In this document: positions 35,420-47,274 of the stretch, in pieces
Layout: the number at the start of each line of letters is the position of its first letter
Position numbering within the stretch: position 1 is the stretch's first letter
NCBI GenBank assembly: GCA_051313645.2
Contig: JBNRSN020000010.1
Coordinates: forward strand, 9,548,001-9,612,000
Direction: 5' to 3'
Source: Centroscyllium fabricii
Lineage: Eukaryota
DNA length: 64,000 bases
Notes under the pieces: model-generated
Seen by the model: only the letters and a program-made list of their open reading frames with translations
Databases searched by the model: none
Told to the model about the DNA's origin: nothing
Translations under genes and position numbers: made by a program

Positions 35420-38400
35420 ATGGAGCGGAGCGGACCTGTGTGTCGTGAGCGATGAGGCAGCAGCGGAGCCTTCATAAGGAGAGGAGGCAGCGAGCTCCAG
35501 ACTAGAGAGTTGTAACTTGGTGAGAGAGAGCAGCGAAGCGTGACCAATTCGGCAGCAGTTAGAGTGCTAAAAAATAAACAAAGTGTGACTTCACCAGGAA
35601 GCAGCTACGTAATTGGTTCGTGAGTATTTTCTTTCCATTTTTTAAAAATTTAAATTTTGGGGGTTCTATGGTCCCTATTGTATTCTGGGGACTACTGTTA
35701 GACAAGTGCCATGGATTATAACATTTAATTGGAGAGAAATTGGTGGGATTAATTTAATCTTTATTAATAATTAAATGTTAAGTCAAGGCAGGACAGCTCA
35801 GCGCCGTAGTACGCTCCTCCTACTCTACATGGGAAATCTGGACTTCTTTCGGTGTCCCTGACGACTTTGTGTGCGGTAAGTGTATCGATGTAATGCAAGT
35901 GACAGACTGAATTGCAGCGCTGGAGCTAACGATGGATACATTTTGGAGCATTCAAGATGCTGAGGACGTTGTGGAAAGCACATTTAATGAGTTGGTCACA
36001 CTGCAGCTAAAGTGTGTTCAAGGCAGGCTGGGAATGGGTGACCGACAGGAAGACGATGCAGCCAGGTCGTGCTGGAGTACAATGTGGACATCTACCTCTC
36101 AAACAGATATACCGCTTTGGATACTGCTGGGGGGAAGGCAGCAACAGCCCACGTCGTGGCAACATAGGTCGCTCCACTGCACAGGCTGGGAGGAAGAAGT
36201 GTTGATGGGCTATAATGATAGAGGGCTCAAGTGAAAAGGGATAAGATAGGTGTTTATGTGGCTGCAAATGAGACTCCAGGATGTTATGTTCCCTCCTTGC
36301 TGCAGGGGTCAACGACGATTCTGAGCGGCTACAGAACAGTTTGTATGGTGAGCGTGAACAGCCATCTGTCCTGATGCACATAAGCACCAACGATATAGCT
36401 GAGAAACGGGATAAGGACCTAAATGCAGAATATAGGGAGTTAGGAGGTAAAATAAAGAAATATAACCACAAAGGTAGTAATCTCAGGATTGAACCCAGTG
36501 TCACGTGCTACTCAGAGTAGAAACAGGAGGGTATTTTAAATGAATATGTGACTAGACGAATGGTGAAAGGGGGAGGGAGTCAAATTCCTTGCACATTGGA
36601 ACCGGTTCTGGTGGAAGTGGGACCAGTACAATCGGGACGGTTTGGAACCGGGCAGGACAGGGACCGATGTCCTAGGGGGAGCAATTCCTAATGCTTTTTG
36701 TGTGTTTTTAAACTAAAGTATCATGGAGTTGCGCACCTCAGCAGGGAGACACAGGACGTTGGATCAAGTATTAAAAGCGAAGGGCAGGAAGAAGAAAAAA
36801 ATAAATTTGAAGGAAAAGAACTCAACGGTTTCAATCGAACATGGTCACAGTAACTAATAATTCATATAGGTTTGAGAGCGGTAAATGACAAGACTGAAGC
36901 CTTTTTGTCTTACTGCAATGAGCATTCGGAACAAGCAGCGTGAATTAGCTGTGGATATAGATGTAAACGAAAAGGATTTGGTTGTGATAACAGAAACATT
37001 GCTCCTGGGGCGGCCAAGGCTGGGAACACAAAATCAAGGGGTATCCAATATTTAGGAAAGATAGGCAGAAAGGAATGGCAGGTGGTGTAGCATTGCCGGT
37101 TAAAGAGGGGATTGACGCAATGGAAATGAAGGATATTAACACTGATGCTGCGGAATCTGTATGGTTGTAACTGAGGAATATCAAGGGGCAGAAAAGGTTA
37201 TTGGGAGTGTTATAAAGACATCCAAGTAGTAGTACAGAGGTTGGCGATGGCATACATAGGGACATTAGAGAAGCATGCAGTAAGGGCACAGCAGTCATCA
37301 TGGGCGATTTAAATTTACACATAGATTAGGCTAAACATTTTAGTAAAAATACTGTGGATGTGAAATTCCTAGAATATTTATGGGATGGTTTTCTGGAGAA
37401 ATCCGTCGATGAACCAACCAGAGATCAGACCATCTTCGACTGGCTATACTGTAATGAGAAAGGATTAACTAGCATTCCTGTTGTATGAAGCCCCTTGGGT
37501 CAGAGTGATCATAATGGGCCCTGTCTTCCTGTGCTCCAGAAGAGCTGCCTCCCCACGAAGTGGGGTCAGAAATGCTTCGTGGGGAGGCAGCTCAGGTGAT
37601 GACCAGAAAAGTGAACTTCCTGTGCTGATGGGCAAGGGGCTTCAGCTTCCAACCCAGGAAGCACTTTGAGCTGCAGACTTCCTGTAGTCAGCTGCTCAAT
37701 ATACAGGTGTACAACGTGGTGAAGCCTCCATTTTTCTGCCCATGTAAAAAGCAGTCTTAACAGGGTGCAGGCAGGTTTGAAAAGTGAAAAAAACAGGTTT
37801 AAATTTTTTTTTTAAATTGTTCCTTTGGAGATATTTCTTTGTGTTCTTACAGCTTGTAAATGTGAAGGTTTATATATATATTGGCGATAGTTAAAAAAAT
37901 CGGTAATTTGAACACGATCTCAGCGTTGAAATCTCCGATTTGTTTCACTATCACAAAAAATATCTAAAGCTTCACATTTACAACTTGTAAATGTTAAGCT
38001 TTATATATTTTTTGCTGATAGTCCAAAAAATCGGCGATTTCAACGAGATCTCAGCCACTCACAGCTCTCAGCTGCTGGCATCGCGTTGAAATCGCCGATT
38101 TTTTGAACTCTCAGCAAAAAATATATAAAGCTTAACATTTACAAGTTGTAAGACCATGTTTGTGGTCTTACAGCATGTAAATGTGAAGGTGTATATATAT
38201 ATTTTGGTGATAGTTAAAAAAATCGGGAATTTGTACGCACAAATTCCCGATTTTTTTAACTATCACCAAAAAATATATAAACCATCAGATTTACAAGCTG
38301 TAAGACCAGCTTCTTACAAACTTAAAAAAAACAAAGAAAAAGTTCTTCCTTACCTGATCTTTTCTTTATTTGAACACTTGATTTTCTTTGATCTGTGCGT

Positions 38401-40897
38401 TCTGTGGGGGCGTGGTCTCAAAAAGCCGACCTCAGGGGCCGTGTGTAGCTCCCGACCAATGCACAAAGCACAATGCAGGAAAAAAAAACAGACCCCTCCC
38501 AACGAAAAAAAATCGACATTTCACACAGGAAGTCCAGCAGATAAAAAATAAAAAAATCTCGTACGGGTGCAAATCTGCACGCACCCACAGCAATCGGGCC
38601 ACAGGAAGACAGGGCCCATCATGAAATAATTCTTCATTAGGATGGGGACTGATATAGATCACAGGGAGAATAGCATCTTAATTTGAGTAAAATATTTTAC
38701 GATGGTATGAGGTGCGAATTGGGTACGATTAATTGGGGGATGTCTCTCGGAGGGATTCCTGTGAATAGGCAATGGCAAACTTTCAACCACCACATGGATG
38801 TACTACAGAATTTGTTCATCGCAAATTTGGAATAAGAATAAAACAACAAGGAAAACACAATCTTTAGTAATAAGGGATATTTGGGGATGTCGTAAGATCC
38901 AAAAAGAGAGCAGATAATTCGGCCAGAAAAAGCGGTAACCCTGCGGATCGGCAGCAGTTTAGAATTCAACAAAGGAGGACAAAGGGATTATTTAAGAAGG
39001 GGAAAATAGAATATGAAAGTAAGTTGCACGGACTATATAAACTGAATGTAAGAGTTTTTATAGATATGTGAAGAGAAAAAGGTCAGGGAAATCAAATGTA
39101 GGTTTTTTGCAGTCAGAAGCAAGGGAGTTTTAATGGGGAACAAAGGAATGGCAGATCAATTAAATGCATATATTTGTTCCGGTTCCACAAAGGAGGATGC
39201 AAATAACCTCCCAGAGCTGTTCAGAACATAGGGACTGATGAAAGGGAGGTACTGAAATAAATCAGTATTTTAAGGGATATGGTGTTAGGGAATTTGACGG
39301 GATAGAAGGCCGATAAAACATCAGGGCCTGACAATCTACATCCTAGGGTACATAAGGAAGTGGCCGTAGGAATAGAAGATGAGTTGCTGATCATCTTCCA
39401 ACATTCGCTGGAAACTGGAACCGTACCTATGGATTCGAGGGTAGCTAATGTTACCCCGCTATTCAGAATGGGTGGTAGAGTTAATGCAGTGCATTTCAGT
39501 CTGGTAATCCTGACATCGGTAGTGGGGATCATGCTAGAGTCCATTATAAAGGATATAATAGCTCAGCACTTGTAAAGCAGTGACAGTATCGGACAAAGTC
39601 AACAAGGATTCACAAAATGTGAAACGTGCTTGCCTAATCTACTGGAATGTTTGAGCATGTAACTTGGAAATTGATAAGGGAAAACAGTAGGTGTGGTGTA
39701 ATTTGGAATTGCAAAAGGCTTTGAATACGGCCCGCATTAGAGACTGGCGTTTAATGTTAGGGCACTTGGAATTGAGGGGGAAGGTTATTGACTTGGGTAG
39801 ATAACTGGTTTGCGGACAGAACGCAGAGAGGAGCAATTAACGGGTTCTCTTCCGAGGGGCAAGGCAGTGACTGGTGGAGTACGCAGCTTCCGTCCTTGGA
39901 CACCAGCTACGGACAAAAAAATAAAATGATCTAGATAAGGGAAGTATATGTAATATCTCCAGTTTGCAGAGGGAACAACGCCCGGTGTGCCTATGTGCAG
40001 CGAGGAGGATACTGAGAATCTCCAGGATGATTTCGACAGGTTAGGTGATTGGGCAGAAGCGTGACAGATGCAATTTAAAGTGGATAAATGCGAGATTATC
40101 CACTTTGGGGTCCAATGCAGAAAGGCAGACTATTCCCCGAATGGAAATAGATTGGGAGAATGATAAGTGCAACGAGACATGGGTGTTCCTGTGCACCAGT
40201 CGCTGAAGGTATGCATGCCTTTGCAGCAGGTGGTGAAGATGGCACCTGGTATGTTTGCCTTCGTATCGAAATGGTTTGAGTACAGGAACAAGTATGTTCT
40301 GCAGCAGTTGTACCAAGCCTTGAGGAGACCACACCTTGAGTACTGTGTGCAGTTCTGGTCGCCTTATCTGAGGAAGGATGTTCTTGCCATGGAAGGAGTC
40401 AGCGAATATACACAAGGCTGATAGCTGGGATGGCAGGAATAAAGTACGAGGAGAGTTTGTGTCGATTGCGCTTATGCTTGCTGGAGTTTAGTAGTATGAA
40501 AGCGCATCTCATTTGAAATTATAAATTCTGACATGACTGGACAAATCAGATGCAGGAAGAATGTTCACGATGGTCGGAGAGTCCAGAACCTGGGGTCATA
40601 GTCTAAGCCTAAGGGGTAAGCCATTTAGTACAGATATGAGGAATACTTTCTTCACCCAGAGAGTGGTGAACCTGTGGACTTCTCTACCACAGAATGTAGT
40701 GGAGGTCAAGTCATTAAATATAATCAAGCAGGATTTAGATACATTTCTTGGAGCTAAAGGTATCAAACGATATCGGGAGAAGGCCGGTACGGGGTAATGA
40801 GTTTGTATGATCAGCAATGATCTCCTCGAATAGCGGCGCATGCCCGAGTGGCCGAATGGCCTACTCCTGTTCCTATTTTCTATGTTCCTATGTTTCT
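35420..40897 (+). mobile_element. Near full-length degenerate HER1/CR1 LINE (ORF1 Zn-finger/esterase, ORF2), interrupted by a TIR element
   Basis: VPDDFVCGKC, HISTNDI, MGDLN, RVANVTPLF, RPHLEYCVQFWSP and tail ctatgttcctatgtttc. Confidence 0.85.
37516..38617. mobile_element. Non-autonomous DNA transposon (perfect 18-bp TIR gggccctgtcttcctgtg, AT flanks; PIF/Harbinger-ISL2EU-like, tentative)
   Basis: TIRs at 37516-37533 and 38600-38617. Cleanly interrupts CR1 gatcataat|at...aattcttcatt. No transposase. Confidence 0.85.
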
Positions 40898-41034
40898 GTG
40901 CCGCCTCCGGCTCTTTGATGGATATCCAATTAGTCCAACTCCACTACTCTTTCCCCAAACTCCAGCAAGTCTTGAATTTTCAACCAAATATATAGTTCTA
41001 TTTTAAAGTTACATGTACAATATTTATAAAGATG

Positions 41035-41455
41035 TCAGCAGTGTCTCTCGCCTATGAGTCAGATAGAAATGGGCTAAAGACCTTCTACAGACACCTGAAC
41101 ATAAGCTCTAGGTTGACAATCCAATGCAGTGCTGAGGGAATACTGCACTTCGGAGGTGCCATCATTCAGATGGGACATTATACTAAGACATGACGTTCTC
41201 TGTCAGGAGGACGTAAAATATCCCACAGCAGTGATTGAAAGAAGAGAAATGGAGGTTTCCACATAGTCCTGACAATATTCATCCCTCAACAACATCCCTG
41301 ATCATCATCGCATCGTTATTTCTGAGACTTGGCTGCGTATAATGCGCTGTCCCGACTTCTGCAATGACAACACTGTCAACACATCAAAAGTACGTCATTG
41401 GCTTTAAAGCGCTTTTGTATATCTTGGATTTGAAATGGGTTGCATACCTGTAGTA
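41035..41455 (+). mobile_element. DeuSINE (SacSINE1-like), degenerate
   Basis: tRNA-like head, then gtgctgagggaatactgcacttcggaggtgcc, ggacgtaaaatatccca, caatattcatccctcaac and aaaagtacgtcattggctttaaagcgcttt. Confidence 0.75.
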
Positions 41456-42089
41456 TTGATTTTATATTATTGCATTCGCTTCCATGTACCTTCAGCCAAT
41501 TGATTCCGAATTATAAATGTTATCTACGAAAAATTAAATCTCGTCGTCTCCTCTCTGGATTATTATCCACTTGACTTAAATACAGGCCAGCTGATTACTT
41601 ACCCTCATTCCAGAGGAAACAATATTTCCTTATTTACTCAAAACACCTCATACATTTGAAGATCCTGTCAAATCGCCTGAACATTCTCTGCTCTATGTAG
41701 AACTGCCCTAGCATTTGGCCATACCGGCAGATTTCAAGCCTTTCACCAGCTGTGCGCGCCCCCCATCAGACCTCAAATCCAGGTATTCCTAGTCTTACCT
41801 GTATCTCTATTTACTGAGATTAGACGAATATTCCTCATTTTTTCCGTATAATAAACAAGTTAATAATCAGCAAAGCACAATTTAATTATGTTAACAAACC
41901 TCCTTTTGGAAAGGATCCAAATTCTTCATTTAACGCTTTGATCGAATCCCTCTTCATTTCATTAAACTGACCGGTATTTAAAAGCTGCAAACTAAATATA
42001 ATTGATATTTTATTAAAGCAAAGTGATGCTCTCACCGCCTATTGATTTGGACGAGTCTTCCCGCACTCCATTTCATTTTGTTCCCGCTC

Positions 42090-42470
42090 ACCTGGTTCCC
42101 TTTCTTTCTGTTGGAACCCGCACTCTGATAGATCCGAGTGCAACGGGTTCTCACTCTCTGCCAGTTCCCATTCCCACGGGTAACGGCACTCTGCCAGATC
42201 CCATTCCCGCGGGGTACCGTACAGTGCCAGATTCTAGTCCCATGGTACGCCACCATCTGCCATATCCTAGTCCCAAGAGAACCAACACTCTGCCAATTCC
42301 CAGTTCCAAGCGGTGCCAAACTGTGCCAGATTCCAATTACATGGTTTCACGCACTCAGCCAGACACCATTTCACGGTTACCCGAAATCTGTCAGTTTCCA
42401 GTCCCACGTTATCCCCCATTCTCCAGTTTCCAGTCCCACGGGTACCTGCCCTCTGCCAGTTTCCGATCTT
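42090..42470. repeat. Degenerate 33-bp minisatellite, ~11 copies (cactctgccagatcccattcccacgggtaacgg)
   Basis: The ctgcca-type motif recurs at 42125, 42158, 42191, 42224, 42257, 42290, 42323 and 42356. Confidence 0.85.
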
Positions 42471-42744
42471 CCTTTGTTCAAGAATGGCCCCATGAATATC
42501 AGAGGAATAGAGTTCGACTGAAATCTATTATTGTTGTCACAAAAGTGTTGGGTTTACCTCGTTTGTGCTCTGTGGGCAGATCTGGTAAGCTAATCATTGA
42601 AGGTATATTTCTGCAATTTATAGATGACACTGCTCTGTACCAGAGATTCCAGGGATCACAATTGCATTTATGTGTAAATTATACAAAATTATGCTTTCTA
42701 TCTTTATTACAGACGACATCTCCACCTGATCTAATATTTGGGAT

Positions 42745-43093
42745 ATACAGAAGATAAGAGCATTAGTAGGCCATTCCGCCCTTCGCGTCTGCTCCGCAAT
42801 GTTTGATGAGGTCATGGCTGATCATCGAATCCCAGCACACCCAGCCTACCCTCTCCGCATATCCTAAATCTCTATCTCACAGACATACTCATGGGATGTT
42901 CTTACTACCTCCAGTGCACATAACCTGCCTATATTTGGGTGGTGCGAGGACATCGGTGTACCCATAAGAAATCCAAACGAACATGGGGAGAACATGCAAA
43001 CTCCATGCAGAGGTCACGGGCCAAGAAGGTTTCGAACCCAGGAGCTGCTTATTACGAAGCAGCAGTGCTAACCACTGCGCGACCGTGTCGTCC
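42745..43093 (-). mobile_element. HE1 V-SINE, degenerate
   Basis: HER1 tail at 42745, gggagaacatgcaaactcca and head gcagcagtgctaaccactgcgcgaccgtg. Confidence 0.8.
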
Positions 43094-44281
43094 TTTTAGT
43101 GTAACGAGGAGAAACACAAATTACTCAAATTCTTCACTATAGCAAGGAGTTCAAATACCAAAATCTAGAAGATAAAAATCTGAAATTTGGAATGAGAAGG
43201 GGCACTGAGCGGCACATTTCAGCTCACTAGGTAACTGTGATCGGTGTGTTATTTACTGAATTAGCAGTAGTTTCATTTGCCAAAACGTTATTAACCTGAT
43301 TCTGAAGTTGACAACTATATTATCTAACGTGTCTTACATGACAAACATAAACTTCGGTAAATGAACTTCAACATGCATGTGCTTCTGTCACAGGCAAATG
43401 TACACTGATGAATTTTTAATCAGAGACGTTTAACAATCAAAATATACAACGAAGAATGCAAGAAAATTATCTTTAAAGGTGGGAAATTATCAAAATGTAT
43501 GCCTTTAAATGAATATTCCTGTCAATACATATACTGAAGTTTTGGAATCAATAGCAGGAACGTTATATTATTAATTTGCTGATTTATCATAATCATCGTC
43601 CCAGTTGTTAATGAGATAGTCTGCCGTGCCTATACCTACAACAGCAAATAAAAAGCTAACAACCCAGTTATATGCACGCTATTGAATTAGAAACAGAGGA
43701 TTTATGTTGTGTTATGCTGAAGGGGCCCGACACAGCATCAAATGTATGGAATCTCCTGGTTGCGAATTCAAATATTTTCTCAACTCGTGAGATCTCATCG
43801 TTGAAAAACTGGATTGAATGATCCTGAAAGAAAGATGCTGAGTTAGCAGAAGAATCTTCATTCATTCATATTCCTCTTGACCAACGAATTGAATTAATGA
43901 GGAGCAGGGGTGGATTATGCAACTTGGCAGAATTGATAGTTGAAAGGACTGACGTCCACTGCGACGCTGCTGGATTTTGAGAATTGTGCTCCAGCCGTGA
44001 CAGAGACTCAAACTGAACTGGGGCATTATTGGAGAGCTGTATTGGGCTGAGCTTCTTGATTCTGTAATGTTAGCAAAATAAAAAGATCCGGCTCCAGAAA
44101 GACATGCAAGCCTCGGGTGAATCTATAGACGGCATTTCTCACAAATAACTGCTGATGAACTCCTCGTTCAATTCCAAATTCAAATGATTATTATAAATGT
44201 ATACCCTGTACTAATTATTTGAAATGTTTTGATACAGTGCACGATGCGCTTCAGTGGAACCACTAGCAATAATATAACAGT

Positions 44282-45117
44282 GGGCCTGAATTTCGTCTGT
44301 GCAGGTTGGTGCGTGCGCTAGGACCCTGCGGACACCTATCGCACGCACCATCATTGCACAGAAGTTGCTCCCTGACTTTCCTCCCCGTTCCTGCACTGCG
44401 TGGCAGTCCAGCCACGCTAGGTGCGCAGTGTATGCCCCGCCCACAGATCCCAAATTAAAGTTAAAAACGCCCCCAGATCCCTAAATTAAATTAATAAATG
44501 CGCACAGATCCCGAGTCGGACCTCTGTGAGAGCAGGAACGTGCGGAGCTGCACTCACAGACTCGGCTGGGAGCAGCGCGGGCACAGCAGCTTCTCAGAGG
44601 AAGAAACGCTAGGTAAGTCTGCCATTTTTTATCTTTGATTTTTTATTACATCTAGACAGTTAAAAATGTCAGAAATTTAACTTTAAAAATTAGCGATTTG
44701 AAACAGGTAAATTAACTTAAAATCGTATTTGTAATTTTTTTTAAAAAACTTTAACTTAAAAATTTAATGCTACCGATCTGGCCACATTACTCCCAAAAAC
44801 TGTAAAAAAATAAAATTAAAGTTAAAAAATTAACTTACCTGCTTTAGTAACTAAATCTTGTCCCTCACGCACGAGTTTACTACTGTTTTTCCCGGGTGCA
44901 GCTTGTGGGCCAGTTGCACACAGAGCACTCTCCAAAAATCACCCTTTTGGATTGCAAATTCTGGGTGCAACTCACTCCTGCGTTTGATGCTGAGGGCTGT
45001 TCTCCCTCAGCATTGGAAATCTCCGTTCCGTGGGCATCACGCACGGGGCATTTTGGACCCATTTTGGACCCCCTCCGTGCGTGTGCAGCTCCTCTGGGCC
45101 ACAGGAAATTCTGGCCC
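44282..45117. mobile_element. Non-autonomous TIR element related to 37516-38617
   Basis: TIR gggcctgaatttc / gaaattctggccc (12/13). The right end gggccacaggaa is shared with the first element. Confidence 0.7.
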
Positions 45118-47274
45118 AATATCTGTAGTTTTCTGATTGACTCCAATTTAACTTAAAGGAAATTAAAACAGCTTTCAAATTACTTAAATGTTAGTGCCAA
45201 TTGGTGAGAAAATTGTCGCCGCGTGTTCACGTGAAACTTGTGTCTTTCGCTACAGTCAAGGCTCTTCAATGTGAAGCCATATCTCCCAAATATACGTCAA
45301 GGTCCCGCATCCGCTTTCCACAATCAATCTCTCTTCTTTCTTAGTGCAGCATTTTGTAAATTTGCAACCTACACTGCGGCTTACTACGAACAATGGCAAG
45401 GGGATCATAGGATGATATAATCCTGGAATTTTAGAGTACAGAGGGACGCCAATAGGCCCATTCTGCGTGTGCCAACACTTTGAAAGTGAGAATAAATTAG
45501 TCGCACACCACTGCTACCTACTGTGTTTCGTTCATTTTAACCTCAGTTAAGGGTTTTGTGCCAATTCCCTTAAACCTGTTTCCTGTGGTTTCCGCAAACC
45601 TGCCACTTGGAAACAATTTCATCGACTTTCCACGTCAAAACCCTGCCCTATTTGTATTCAGCTTGTTGCTCCACTGAATCATTTGCCTAACAGTTATTTT
45701 AAGCGTGCTTTTTTTCTGTTATCAATTTTCAATTTAATTTTGGCTGCAATTTTGCTACAGGTCTATCATGTTATAATATTCCAAACGCCTTTTGAAAATC
45801 CGTATACCCAAAATTTACTCCACCATCGTTATCAACTCTCTCAGTTACTTCATGAAAGGACTCGAGTAATTTAGTAAAACATGATTCCCCATTAAAATAT
45901 CCGTGCTGTCTTTCTTTGATTAACCGACATTTTCCAAGTGCCAATTCTGTTGGAGCTTTGCCTTTATATGTTTCTGCACGAATTTAAGCTGACTGGCCTG
46001 TAGTTGCCAGGTTAATCGCTTTCCCCTATTTTGAACGGGAAATTGTGTTTGTGATCCACCACTAGCCGGGCAGCACTCTGATATTTAAGGAGGATTGGAA
46101 TATTTTTTTGACGCCAGGGTTTCTGCAATTTCAACCTTTACTTCCCTCAGCCTCCTAGGATACCGCCTGTTACAGAATTAATCTATGCCTGAACGGACCA
46201 AGCGTGAAGCAAGGTCGATTTATACCCAACCTAATTCATATAGTTAATGACTTCCACTCAGACACCGGATATTAGAGAAGAGCTGCTGTTTAATAATTAA
46301 CTGAGCTCTGGGAGAAGTGCTCAACATCTTAACGATGCTTTCGAAATGCTTCTCAAAATAGTTGCTGTAACAAGTCATTTTTATACACAAATCTTCCACG
46401 CACATTTTAACAAAAAAATCACATGATCATAAGTAGTTCACTTAAATTATTTAAAGTAAAAATGAATTAGTTGCACACAGAACTGAGAACAGCACAAAAT
46501 ATACATTGATAACGGGGTGTATCCCTGTTATCTGGGAAGTTAAGTTAATTTAATTAAATGGAGGCACTCTAACGGGTCAATCGACGAGGTCATAGGCCGT
46601 AACACTGTTAGTTGTATCTTTCTGCAAGCTGGCTTGATTAACTGTTGATCTTGGACTTTCCTGTTCTGTCTTTATGAAACTAAAAACCAGTATATATTAT
46701 TTGCAAGTATGAGTAATTTCGTATGTCAAGCAATTGCTCGTATTCTACAAGCAATGACAATTAGTTAAGCATTTTTGTATCTTCTCTTTCCCAAGGTCGT
46801 CCATTAAATTGTACAATCTATTTGTTTCAAGCTGTCCATGGGTTGTTGCACGACAGGTCTGCCTTTTTCTGCGCAACACCCATTCCCTTCACCTACAAGG
46901 GAATTCCAATTCCAATTCAGCAGAAGAGTTAACCTTTCAAACTGAAACCTTTCAATCACTCCAGTCTGTCCCCTTCCACATTTAAATTTTGGTTAAGGTT
47001 ACCGAATTATTTTCCTAATTTACCATCCCCGGGAAAATATATCTGTATTGATGCTTGAATCGCTCCCCAAACTCTATCCTTGGTCTCGTGTTATGGTGGC
47101 CTCCACGAAATACAAAAGAGTTTTTACATAAATATTTCCATCTCATCTAGTCCATATACTGCAGCAGCTGTTCGCTGCCTAATTCCGTATTGACTACAGG
47201 AACGGGGATCGTTCTGGCCACAGGGGCCATACAATGCTGAACCTTCCGTGCCCCTCACACTTTGATTCTCCCGG

